From a virus: a DNA stretch of 34,902 bases. Position 1 is the first letter of the stretch. Each line of letters begins with the position of its first letter. The DNA is taken from IMG/VR virus record IMGVR_UViG_3300021956_000005, one strand, 5' to 3'. This document shows positions 13,866 through 22,777 of this stretch, piece by piece. Made by a program: the position numbers and the translations under genes. The notes below the pieces were generated by a model that made no database searches, was not told the DNA's origin, and worked only from the letters and a program-made list of their open reading frames with translations.

Positions 13866-16800
13866 CAGGCGACCGCCCCTGCCAGCTTGTTGGCTGACTC
13901 CACCGAGGACAGGCGATCATCAATAGAGGTCAGAATTTTCATCAGCCCCTGATATCCCGCCTGGTCAACCCGAATTCCGGCGCTGACTGCATCCGTAACC
14001 GCATCCAGCTTCTCTGAATTGTTGTTGCCGGCAAGCATTTCCTTAGTCTGATTTGCGGTATAAACCATCCCTGGTCGACTGAATCTGACTAGCTCTGGAC
14101 CTTTTTCACCGACCATAGCAATGCCTTCTGAGGCCAGCCCGCCCTGGGCAAATCCAGGAATGAATCCCTTGGCAAGAAGATCCTTGTATTCAGCGCTCTG
14201 CCTAAACTGATAGGCCAATTCATCAGCTGTGATATGACCCCCCATCAGCTGCGCAAGCCGGCCCGTGTAGGCGCCTTCATTCTCCGGCTCTCGGCCCAGC
14301 AGCTGCTGGTAGTAGAAACGAATCATTCGCCGTGAGTAGTCTTCATTCAGTATCTGATAGGTTTCATCCTGGAAGGGGTTGTAGCCCATTCGGCCGCCGG
14401 GAACTTGTGGTGCAGTCGAAATCGGGACCGGTTTTGGCATCGGTATCGGTTGAACCACAGGCGCTGGAACTGGGACAGGCGTCGGTGCTACGGGAGCTGC
14501 TGCTTTACCCGCTGCGAGTGCCGCAATTGCCGCTTGATAATTGTTCATGGCGGTAATCATGTTATTCACGCCTTGAGCAACCGAGATCACGCCATCAGTT
14601 ATATTTCCAATTCCCGTGCTGATGCCCAACAATGCACCATAAGATTTTTCAGCAGCTATGAGCTGCTCTTTTGCGGTATTGGCTTGTTGCTCACTGAATG
14701 AAATTGCTTCAGTGACCGCCTTAATGACTTCTTCGCGATCTGCTTGAAACTGCAGGCTGGATGCGTTGTATTCTCTTGAGGCATCAAGAAACTCCTTGCC
14801 CACCGTATCCAGCTGTCCAATCGCGCCCTCATTGCCTAGAGCGGCCAGAGCGCTAACTCTTCGAAACTCCATTGCCGCGGATTCATATCGGCGCTCAGGT
14901 GAGGCCTGAAGATTTGTCAGTTCCAGCAGATAGGTTTTTAAGGTCTTGGAGGTCTGGATAAATCGATCTTGGGTTTTTTGTAGGTTCTGATAAGCATCCC
15001 TAAGTCCTGACAAGGCTTCACTTGAAGCTTCCTCAAGAGTTTTAAGCATTTCCTCATGGGCTTTTTTGGCTGCTTCATATTCAGCCTCTTTTGCCTTTCG
15101 AATTGCCTCTTCCTGTTTTTGAGCGTAACCAGCTGCAGCATCTGAAGCACTCGCAAATGCCGGCGCAAGAAGCACCAATTGGTTATAGAGGGCCTCTTGA
15201 GAAGGCACCAAAAGGTTTAGCCCATCAAGATATTTTCTAAATTCTTCCTTGCTCTGCGGCATCGATACGCCGAGTGCATCAAACTGTTTTTTGAGATCTG
15301 CCAATTGCTTAGCTGTTTTTTCTTCTGGCGTGAAAAAAGCATCTTCATAGGATTGCTTGATTTTTCGCGCAGCTGCTTCCGCTTCCTCGGCCGCTTTTCG
15401 CGCGGCATCCACAGCAGCCTGCGCGGCTTCGGCCTGCGCGTCTGCCAGATTTTTTGCAGCATCGGTAAAGTCAGAGAACGCCCCGCTCAAGGATAAAAAC
15501 TGCGCAAACAGTTTTTTGCCTTCAGTTGTAGTTTTGTCGATGCCCATTGCAATGGCATAAAACTGGTCTTTTGATTGAGGGAGACCATAGCCAAGCCGCG
15601 CAAATGCTTTCGTTAGCTCTTCGCTGTCTGAAGTCAGCTTTTGCTGGTCGGTCATAAAGTTATCGCGAAAAGTTTGCAGCGCTTCTTCAAACTTACTCAA
15701 GCCGCCGGCAGCATTGATCATTTCGCGATCAATGTTTTCGGTTCCAAATCCTGCCCCGCGCATCAGTCGGGTCACATTGGAAATTTGCTGATAAGCGGAA
15801 GCAATATCCTCTGCAGAACCCGTTAAGTCATTGACATACTGACGCGTTCCGGCGCTCAAATCCCCCTGGGCCATGATGACCTGACGCGTAATTTCAGCCG
15901 CTATGTCTCCTTCTTTCTCCTTGATTTCACTGTAGCTGATCGTGGTCATTCCTAATTGCTCAAGAATGCCTTTGGCGCGCGCGGAGCCTTCTGAAACGCG
16001 AATTAATGTGCCATAAAGCCCTTCATCAATTCGTTGAAACTCTTTTAGCGCGGGGTTAATTTGCTCTGCCCAGCGGTCTGCCTGCGCCGAAAGAGCCGCA
16101 GCAATATTCTCGGCATTTTTTTTACCGTCCTTGCCTAAGGGAATCCTGGGCATTTTTATGGCCAGGTTATTGATCTGTGCATCAAGACCCGGCCCTGACA
16201 TGCCGAGGAGCTCTGCAGATTTTCCGATTGTGCTGTAAATGCTTTTGAACGATTTTGAAAGCGCCTGAGCAATTGTGCTATCTAGCTTTCCAAAAATTGT
16301 TTCCAAGTTTTGAGAGGTGCTGCCCAACAAACCAAAAAGCGTCGAAGACTTTTTGGTTACCAGGACGTCCGCAAAGGTTTTTCCCTTAACCAAGGCGCCT
16401 TCGATAATGTCCCACAGCGATTGAGAGACCAGCTTAATGCCCTGACTGACCAGTTCCCGGGTGGTCTTGGTGCCGCCCCAAATCATTCCAGAAATGGGGT
16501 CAAATCCGGGCGCATTGGATGTTTTGGTCGCACCCAGATTAAGTTTTGCAGTATCGATTTTGAAAACCTTGGCTACAGCTGCCCCGGCTGAGTCCATGGC
16601 GTTAGCCAGGCGATTAAGATCTGCCGCCATCCCCTTGGTGTAATCAAGGTCATTACTTGAATTGTTGGCAATGAGATCGAGAGCATCTCGAATCGATGTG
16701 CTCATTTCTTCAGAGCCCAACATGGTTGCTGTGCTCCGCTTAAAGGCATCTTCCTGTTGCTTTTTCAGGTCTTCTGCAGAAACGCCACTTTGACTGCCTC

Positions 16801-19039
16801 CACTGCCACCGCTGATCATGATGCCTAGGCCGGCCATGAGGGCAACCCAGGCAGCTACGCGTGCAAAAGCAGAATAAGGATCGCCTTGGGTACCCTGGTT
16901 GGCAGCACCCTCAACCGCTTTGGCCTGAGCTTTAGCGGCGGACTGAGCAATCTCTTTCGTGGTGTTGACGGAAGAGATGATTCCCATTTGCTCAAGCGAT
17001 GCAGTGAAGAAATTCAGCATGCCGCCCATCTGTTCCATCTGCTTGACTGCAGACATCACAGATTGAGCCATTTCAAAGGCTCGGAAAACCTTGACGGCGC
17101 CCCCCATGGCTTCGTAACCCTTGGTCCCCTTCTGGAAAAATCCCTGAGCCGCTTGGGTCATATCTCCATAGGCTTTGATTTGCGTTCTTGAGCTTTTGAG
17201 CATGGCGTCTTGCTCAATCTCAAGCTTTCTCGTGGGATTCTTTTTAATATCTTCGGCAGCCTGAATGCTGATCGTTGCCTGTTGCTTGGCATATTCCGCC
17301 AAGGCCACAGTCATTCCGCCAATGGCTGTTCCCACATCCCCAAACGCATCAGAAAGGCCCGAAGCGATCTCCTTGGCATATTCCAAATTGGAAGAGAGAA
17401 CCTCGAGAGTCCGCAGTGCCTCCTCCCGCACATTCGTTTCGCCATCGATTCGAATGTCATTGAACTGTTTGGTTGCCTCAGCCATCTTGGCCATCGATTC
17501 CAGCTGGATCTGCGCTTTTTCTTCAGGCAGCGCCTGCTGCTGACTTAGCAGGGATTGCAGTTCCGTCTGTAGCTTGATCCGCTCGGATTGCTTGAGGTTA
17601 TATTTATCTGCGGCATCGATCTCCAGGTTGACCCCGTTAATTCGAGCCATCAACGCAGCTTCATCTTTGACCAGTTGCTCTTCTTTTAAGCGCGTTTCCT
17701 CGGCAATCAGGGCTTCCTGCTTTTTCCGGAGTTCATCGGCAATCTGCAGCTTTTGGTCCTGATTTTCAGCAGCCTTCATTTCAAGGCGTGCCGTTTCTTC
17801 GGCTTGCTTGCGCTCATTGTCAAATCGCATGGCGCTGGTTTTGGCCTGCGCGTCATACAACCGGGCAGCATCTTCGGCAGTCTTCACGTTGGCATCGATT
17901 GTCGCCTTGAATGCCGCTTCCGCATCGCTTGCGCCTTTTTTGGCGGTTTTGGTGGTCTTGGCAAAATGTGTGGCGACCGCAGTTGCTGCCTTTTCGCTTT
18001 TAGCAGCCAGTTCATCAATTGGGGTTTGGCCTTGCCCAAGCTTCATCAGTCGCTGCACTTCAGGATCATTTTGAGGGTCCACAGCATTGGTTTTTGTGCC
18101 TGTGATTTCCGCCAGGTCCAATCTTATGGTTGAAATGGCATCAGCAAGCTCAAGCCATGCCCAAACATTGGCCTGAGCTAGATACGTAACAACTTTCGCT
18201 ACTGGATCAACCATGGCATTGAAATTGTTAGCCATCAATTCAATGGTGGACGCTAATTCTGCGCTTGTCCCATTAGCCTGGTCGGCCTGCCCGATATAAG
18301 AGGTTGCAGCGTTTTCCAGCATTTGCCAGGCCTGCCCAACCGTGGTTTGCATGCTGGAAGCTTCCTGGCTCAGTGCGCTTGATTGGGATTCCAGGGCCTT
18401 GATGACCTGCTCTGAGGTCAACTTGCCCTCAGTCGCCATTTGCCGGAGGGCGCCGATCGGTACCTGAAGGCCATCGGCAATCGCTCGGGCCAGCCGCGGG
18501 CCATTCTCCATGACGGAATTGAATTCTTCGCCGCGCAGCACGCCTGAAGCCAAGGCTTGGCTCAGCTGCGTGGTAACGCTTGCAGCTTCCGAGGTTGAGG
18601 CGCCGGAGACTTTTAGAGCCTTGCCGACACTGTCGACGACCTTAAGCACTTGCGCTTGGCTGGCCCCCATGTCTCGCATTCCCACCGCAATCCGGCTATA
18701 GAGGCTGACCGTTTCGACCAGTGCCGTTTTATTGTTTTGGGCAATGGTAAACAGCGATTTTTGTGCATTGGCATATTCATCGGCGGAAGCTGTCGCCAGC
18801 TTCAACTTGGAATTCATGTTGGTATAGGCATCAGTCGTCTCAATCAATTGCTTGACTGAGAATGCCGCACCCATGGCAGCAAAAGCGCTTTTGGCCACGC
18901 TCGCCATTGAGCTCAAATTGGTCTCAATGGATTTGGCTGATTTACCAACTTCGCCCAGGCTCTGACGAATGCGATTAAATTCCAAATCGGCAGTTTTTCC
19001 ATCCGCCGTGATTTTGATGCCAAGCTGTAAATCGCCCAT
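13865..19039 (-). CDS. Tail tape measure protein (1724 aa) with C-terminal DUF4214-like segment
   Basis: The size and the long Ala/Gln/Glu/Lys coiled-coil composition are typical, and the gene follows the G/GT chaperone. The C-terminal motif reads GFAQGG ... MVGEKGPELV. LLGREPENEGAYTGRLAQL ... SAEY at 14177-14338 resembles DUF4214. Confidence 0.93.
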   Translation of the reverse strand: MGDLQLGIKITADGKTADLEFNRIRQSLGEVGKSAKSIETNLSSMASVAKSAFAAMGAAFSVKQLIETTDAYTNMNSKLKLATASADEYANAQKSLFTIAQNNKTALVETVSLYSRIAVGMRDMGASQAQVLKVVDSVGKALKVSGASTSEAASVTTQLSQALASGVLRGEEFNSVMENGPRLARAIADGLQVPIGALRQMATEGKLTSEQVIKALESQSSALSQEASSMQTTVGQAWQMLENAATSYIGQADQANGTSAELASTIELMANNFNAMVDPVAKVVTYLAQANVWAWLELADAISTIRLDLAEITGTKTNAVDPQNDPEVQRLMKLGQGQTPIDELAAKSEKAATAVATHFAKTTKTAKKGASDAEAAFKATIDANVKTAEDAARLYDAQAKTSAMRFDNERKQAEETARLEMKAAENQDQKLQIADELRKKQEALIAEETRLKEEQLVKDEAALMARINGVNLEIDAADKYNLKQSERIKLQTELQSLLSQQQALPEEKAQIQLESMAKMAEATKQFNDIRIDGETNVREEALRTLEVLSSNLEYAKEIASGLSDAFGDVGTAIGGMTVALAEYAKQQATISIQAAEDIKKNPTRKLEIEQDAMLKSSRTQIKAYGDMTQAAQGFFQKGTKGYEAMGGAVKVFRAFEMAQSVMSAVKQMEQMGGMLNFFTASLEQMGIISSVNTTKEIAQSAAKAQAKAVEGAANQGTQGDPYSAFARVAAWVALMAGLGIMISGGSGGSQSGVSAEDLKKQQEDAFKRSTATMLGSEEMSTSIRDALDLIANNSSNDLDYTKGMAADLNRLANAMDSAGAAVAKVFKIDTAKLNLGATKTSNAPGFDPISGMIWGGTKTTRELVSQGIKLVSQSLWDIIEGALVKGKTFADVLVTKKSSTLFGLLGSTSQNLETIFGKLDSTIAQALSKSFKSIYSTIGKSAELLGMSGPGLDAQINNLAIKMPRIPLGKDGKKNAENIAAALSAQADRWAEQINPALKEFQRIDEGLYGTLIRVSEGSARAKGILEQLGMTTISYSEIKEKEGDIAAEITRQVIMAQGDLSAGTRQYVNDLTGSAEDIASAYQQISNVTRLMRGAGFGTENIDREMINAAGGLSKFEEALQTFRDNFMTDQQKLTSDSEELTKAFARLGYGLPQSKDQFYAIAMGIDKTTTEGKKLFAQFLSLSGAFSDFTDAAKNLADAQAEAAQAAVDAARKAAEEAEAAARKIKQSYEDAFFTPEEKTAKQLADLKKQFDALGVSMPQSKEEFRKYLDGLNLLVPSQEALYNQLVLLAPAFASASDAAAGYAQKQEEAIRKAKEAEYEAAKKAHEEMLKTLEEASSEALSGLRDAYQNLQKTQDRFIQTSKTLKTYLLELTNLQASPERRYESAAMEFRRVSALAALGNEGAIGQLDTVGKEFLDASREYNASSLQFQADREEVIKAVTEAISFSEQQANTAKEQLIAAEKSYGALLGISTGIGNITDGVISVAQGVNNMITAMNNYQAAIAALAAGKAAAPVAPTPVPVPAPVVQPIPMPKPVPISTAPQVPGGRMGYNPFQDETYQILNEDYSRRMIRFYYQQLLGREPENEGAYTGRLAQLMGGHITADELAYQFRQSAEYKDLLAKGFIPGFAQGGLASEGIAMVGEKGPELVRFSRPGMVYTANQTKEMLAGNNNSEKLDAVTDAVSAGIRVDQAGYQGLMKILTSIDDRLSSVESANKLAGAVA

Positions 19040-19051
19040 GGTATGCCGCCC

Positions 19052-19366
19052 TTAGTCTTTCGGAAGTTTGGTTTCGGCCCATTGCTCCAATAGGAGAATG
19101 GTTCGGCTGCCCATGTGGCCCGCAATGCCGACCAGTGCGGCAGAAACTAAAGGATCGATTTCGCCAGCTTCACAGAGCCAAAAGGTCAGGACGCCAGCAA
19201 AACCCGCCGTGACAATCTCACCGACCAATTCCAGAATGTTGAAGGCGCGCGATTTGCCTTCACGAATCTTTTGTATAAATGAAACCACGCCACCCACCAT
19301 GGAAAGTCCCAAGACCCAGGAGTAGGTCAAGATGTCGTAACTGGTAGGGTCTTTCGATGGGTCCAT
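19052..19366 (-). CDS. Holin-like membrane protein (104 aa, about 3 TM helices)
   Basis: The ATG at 19366 follows GAGGA. Hydrophobic segments: ILTYSWVLGLSMVGGVVSFI, ILELVGEIVTAGFAGVLTFWL, LVSAALVGIAGHMG. It lies directly downstream of the endolysin. Longer starts at 19393 or 19429 are possible. Confidence 0.6.
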   Translation of the reverse strand: MDPSKDPTSYDILTYSWVLGLSMVGGVVSFIQKIREGKSRAFNILELVGEIVTAGFAGVLTFWLCEAGEIDPLVSAALVGIAGHMGSRTILLLEQWAETKLPKD

Positions 19367-19400
19367 CAGGTTTTCCTCTTTATGAGATGCCATGGCAGGC

Positions 19401-19772
19401 CTATCTAGGCAGCTGCCAGTGGGGTCCATCCTTAAAACTGGTCCAGTCGCCTCCCCACTCGATCTGAACTCCCAATTCCTGAGCTGCTGTCTTCATGGCT
19501 TCGGAAAGGGGGTAATAATCCTCCCAGTTCCAGGACGGCTTGCCGTCTTTCAAGGGGGCCAAATCCACGGCATGACCCGTGATGTGGCGTGAATTCAGGG
19601 TGCGGGTTGCCCCTTTATCAAAAAGGTATTTCTGTCGTTCCCGAGTCCTCAGTCCTTCAATCACCATAAAATCAATTGGTGTGATCTCAAGGGCTCGATG
19701 CACCACCCGAACCAGATCGGGATGCAAGCCTCTTAGCCGTTGCTGTGATTTCTCGGAAAGACAAAATCCCAT
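19401..19772 (-). CDS. Peptidase M15 (VanY / L-Ala-D-Glu or D-Ala-D-Ala peptidase type) endolysin
   Basis: LHPDLVRVV ... VIEGLRTRERQ ... SRHITGHAVDL ... FKDGPHWQL, i.e. an H-x6-D ... H zinc-ligand pattern typical of M15 phage endolysins. Confidence 0.85.
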   Translation of the reverse strand: MGFCLSEKSQQRLRGLHPDLVRVVHRALEITPIDFMVIEGLRTRERQKYLFDKGATRTLNSRHITGHAVDLAPLKDGKPSWNWEDYYPLSEAMKTAAQELGVQIEWGGDWTSFKDGPHWQLPR

Positions 19773-19774
19773 GC

Positions 19775-20589
19775 TTATTTCCTCGGTTTATTGAGAAGCG
19801 GCAAAGCAAAACGCTCCATTTCAATAATTCCTTTGAAGATTGAGCGGCGCTCTTTTTGATACCCCAGAAGCCGAATGGTCACTTCAATCTCGCTGTAACG
19901 CAGTCCATGCCAGATCATTTGTCCTGCCAGGGTGATTTCTTTTCGCCACTGGGTTTGGAGTGCCAGAAACACCAGCACTGTGGTCCAGTTTTCTGACCAA
20001 ACCTCAAAATGATCTTCATTCGGCAGTGCAATCGATTCCATTTCGCTTTCATCGATTCCGAAGGCGCGAAAAGCGCCTTCAAGATCATCGGATCCAATCG
20101 GTTCTGCTACATTGGGGTTTGCCCAATAGCGCGCCGCTTCAATCAGTTTTTTCTTTTGCCCTCGCCGGAGTTGGCCTCGTTGTAGGCGGCCTTGATGGCG
20201 GCATAGATCCCCGGGGTGAAGCGTATGAGCCTGACCAGGTTGTCCCGGTTAAATTCCATCGGGCCCTCATCGTCAGAAACATCTTTCCAGCCACAAAGGA
20301 TCTCCAGAAGGTCATCCGCCATCTGCTCAGAGGACAGGCTGTTTTTTCCTTGGCGAATGAGTTCAGCGGTGAATTTGCTATTGACTAGCGCAAGGTCGCC
20401 ATCATGTTCAGCCATGAGATTGGCCCAGATCTGCGCACCATCGGCCATTTGCCGATCGCGGACCTGGTCAATATCGAGACGTTTAAACTTGAAAATGATG
20501 GTGATCTTGGTGGACTGTCCATTCTCCTGAATCGCATGCACACTGGCCGGGTAGAAGAAACTGTCTGATACGCTGAGCTTGAATCCCAT
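19775..20589 (-). CDS. Tail assembly chaperone frameshift product (gpGT-like; -1 shift at 20146-20152)
   Basis: The -1 frame is open from the slippery site (..LIEAARYWANPNVAEPIGSDDLEGAFRAFGIDESE..) into track ORF 19775..20041, which has no independent RBS context. Frame arithmetic was checked by hand. Confidence 0.6.
20143..20589 (-). CDS. Tail assembly chaperone (gpG-like)
   Basis: It sits between tail tube and tape measure. It is acidic and ends in a slippery heptamer. GAGGG RBS. Confidence 0.7.
   Translation of the reverse strand: MGFKLSVSDSFFYPASVHAIQENGQSTKITIIFKFKRLDIDQVRDRQMADGAQIWANLMAEHDGDLALVNSKFTAELIRQGKNSLSSEQMADDLLEILCGWKDVSDDEGPMEFNRDNLVRLIRFTPGIYAAIKAAYNEANSGEGKRKN
20146..20152 (-). 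promoter_or_regulatory. Programmed -1 ribosomal frameshift heptamer A_AAA_AAC
   Basis: The minus strand reads GGC AAA AGA AAA AAC TGA. The X_XXY_YYZ heptamer lies immediately before the G stop codon. Confidence 0.6.
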
Positions 20590-20623
20590 GGGTTATCCCT
20601 CATCTGTCTGTTGTTGAATAAGT

Positions 20624-20650
20624 CCCTGCCTGTATCGCTCGGCGGCAGGG
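20624..20650 (-). terminator. Stem-loop (attenuator/terminator candidate) after the tail tube gene
   Basis: CCCTGCC-N13-GGCAGGG, a 7-bp stem in the 121-bp gap between tube and chaperone genes. Only a weak U-tract follows on the minus strand. Confidence 0.3.
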
Positions 20651-20710
20651 TGCCGAAGACAGCCCATGGGGGTGGGCGCGATTCGTTTATCTGTCCGTTT
20701 GTGGTGAGGC

Positions 20711-21643
20711 TTACTTGAACGTGAGCTTCAATTCATCATTGCCACTGGATCCTGGAATCAGCGCCAGATTGGTATTGAGCATGGCAATCCCATCACTGTC
20801 GGCATAAGCCGGCTGCTGAATCTGGACATTGGGGGCATCGATCTGGCAGATATAGCCTGCTGCCGTCCCATGAATGACCTGAAGAGCACCAAGCGTGGTG
20901 GCTCGGGCAATTTCAAACCAGTTCTTGCTGGCAATAAGACCCGCTTCAAAGCTGATCGAACCCGTCGGCTTGCGATCAGTGATCAATGCCGCTGATGAAC
21001 CGCCGGGAAGATCCCGGTAAACCATGTTATTGGCCACGTCCAATGACAGGCTTTCCATAACCAGGGAAGCGCTGTGCAGGCTGACAGTGGGGGTATTGGT
21101 TGAGTTGGGGCCAATCGGAGTCTTAAATCCGGTATAGGTCGGGCTCAGCAATGCGGCATCGGTCGGGATGTTGTAGCGTCCCCAGAACGAGAAAGAGAGG
21201 CTCGGAATCTGGCCACGCTGCACGGACAGGGAAACCGTCCCGCGCGCACCGGTCAGTTGGTGCATCACGCCATCGAGATAAAAGTCGATGGTGACAGAGT
21301 CAAAGCTAGCCGAAACCGGCAAATACTCCACTTTACTTCCGGCAGTCACTGTTTCAGCGAAGCCACAAGCTTTCAAAGCATCCTTGAATGCAGGCGCTGT
21401 TCCAGCGGTGCCTGAAGACTGAAATTCGACATCGAACTTGAGTTCCGCATGCGAATTCAGCTGAATGGTTTCAGAATTCCCAAAATAGGGGCGGATCAGA
21501 TCACGGGCGGCAGAGTCGCCAGCAATCGGAGTCAAGGTGGCATTCTTGACCAGGAACGCTTCCGTTCCGGTCGGGCTTGAGTCAGTGCCGTAAGTCGTTT
21601 CCTTCTTAACGGCAATGACGGTCTTTCTCATAAAAAGAGTCAT
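20711..21643 (-). CDS. Major tail tube protein
   Basis: A 310-aa beta-rich protein directly upstream of the G/GT chaperone. The N-terminus KKETTYGTD ... and overall composition are typical of siphovirus tube proteins. Confidence 0.65.
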   Translation of the reverse strand: MTLFMRKTVIAVKKETTYGTDSSPTGTEAFLVKNATLTPIAGDSAARDLIRPYFGNSETIQLNSHAELKFDVEFQSSGTAGTAPAFKDALKACGFAETVTAGSKVEYLPVSASFDSVTIDFYLDGVMHQLTGARGTVSLSVQRGQIPSLSFSFWGRYNIPTDAALLSPTYTGFKTPIGPNSTNTPTVSLHSASLVMESLSLDVANNMVYRDLPGGSSAALITDRKPTGSISFEAGLIASKNWFEIARATTLGALQVIHGTAAGYICQIDAPNVQIQQPAYADSDGIAMLNTNLALIPGSSGNDELKLTFK

Positions 21644-21849
21644 GACGGGATCTCCTGGTCTTCATCAATCGTTAAAGACGCTGAATCCGCCTCATGGGCT
21701 GAAGCTGCAGGCGCAGGCTCAGGCCGAGGGGCTTCGGCAGTCGGGGCTTCGATCAGCGATAGTTCGCCGGTCACGGGATCCTTGGCGTAGCTTCCGCCAA
21801 TGCCCGGACTGATCGATTCAATCGCTTTGGGGGCTGGGCTTTTAGCCAT
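21640..21849 (-). CDS. Hypothetical small Pro/Ala/Glu-rich protein
   Basis: ORF track. ATGA overlap with the tube gene. Confidence 0.4.
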   Translation of the reverse strand: MAKSPAPKAIESISPGIGGSYAKDPVTGELSLIEAPTAEAPRPEPAPAASAHEADSASLTIDEDQEIPS

Positions 21850-21858
21850 GGGTTACCT

Positions 21859-22275
21859 CTAAGGAGTTAACAAATAGCGGGAGGCATACCGATCCTCCCA
21901 GATCAAATCAGAATTGATATATTCCTCACTCTGTCCACCCACATAGTTCACGGTGTCAAAACAGTTGGGCGGCTGCCAACCCTGCAGCGCAGCGTTCACG
22001 GCATTGCGCACGGTGGCGAGTGAGTCCAGTTTTTGCTCGGAAGTGCCACTGGCCCTGACCACAATCAAAACGGCCATGGTGACAACCACGGACTGTCTTG
22101 CATTGAGAGTGGCATAGCCTTCTCCGGCCATATCCGAAACGGGATAAACGTAAGCTGCCGGAAGGGTTTTCCAGCCGCCTGCATCTCGCGTGAATTGCGC
22201 CAGGTCAAAAACGCGACCACCCAGGGCGGCACAATGGTTTTTGAGATGGTCAACCCAATCCCGATGATCGATCAT
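21859..22275 (-). CDS. Putative tail terminator / tail completion protein (gpU-like position)
   Basis: It sits between the FII-like connector and the tail tube. The LPAAYVYPVS segment recalls FPAVAVYLTG of lambda gpU. The similarity is weak. Confidence 0.4.
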   Translation of the reverse strand: MIDHRDWVDHLKNHCAALGGRVFDLAQFTRDAGGWKTLPAAYVYPVSDMAGEGYATLNARQSVVVTMAVLIVVRASGTSEQKLDSLATVRNAVNAALQGWQPPNCFDTVNYVGGQSEEYINSDLIWEDRYASRYLLTP

Positions 22276-22595
22276 GGTCGAAGCTCCATGGCGGTCATCC
22301 CGCCATCGTCAGGCCACAGCTGGGAAACCCAATAGGAAATCCCATCAATCGTGGTGGTGTTTTGCACTTCAATACCGCAAGCGGCAATGGCTGAAGTTTT
22401 TGCAGAAACCAAAAGATCGTTGGGCCCTAGGACCTGAGCCACTAGCGCATTTTGCGCAGCGGGCATCGAACTCACTGGAGCGCGGGGTCTCAAGACAATC
22501 GCGGTCAGGCTTCTGGAGCCGCCGGCTGTCGAGAAGATGAGGATTTCGCCAAATTCGGCTAATACCGCATCATTGACCCCGCCCCAATTCATCAT
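22272..22595 (-). CDS. Head-tail joining protein (lambda gpFII-like)
   Basis: The C-terminus YWVSQLWPDDGGMTAMEL parallels lambda gpFII FWVDRVSPDDGGSCHLWL. Size and position fit. Confidence 0.65.
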   Translation of the reverse strand: MMNWGGVNDAVLAEFGEILIFSTAGGSRSLTAIVLRPRAPVSSMPAAQNALVAQVLGPNDLLVSAKTSAIAACGIEVQNTTTIDGISYWVSQLWPDDGGMTAMELRP

Positions 22596-22777
22596 TCTGC
22601 TGCCTTGCCTTTTACAGGCTTGGATGCCACCGGCTTTTCGGCTTCAACGGCTTTCTGCATCAGTTTGAGATCCTTTGCATCAGCTTCAGAGACGGCATCC
22701 GGCACAACCAGGATGGTGCCAGCGTCATACATGACGCCGGCCACACCACAAGGCTCGATCAATTTGATGGCTTCCAT
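22592..22777 (-). CDS. Hypothetical small protein (61 aa) after the capsid gene
   Basis: ORF track, coupled on both sides. Confidence 0.45.
   Translation of the reverse strand: MEAIKLIEPCGVAGVMYDAGTILVVPDAVSEADAKDLKLMQKAVEAEKPVASKPVKGKAAE

Noticed and set aside
14332-18859. Numerous 60-126-aa ORFs on the plus strand, and alternative-frame ORFs on the minus strand (14938..15168, 15217..15462), within the tape measure gene
   Set aside because: All are contained in the single uninterrupted 1724-codon TMP frame. Ala/Gln/Lys-rich coiled-coil coding DNA commonly leaves long antisense and off-frame open frames. None has coupling or RBS support.
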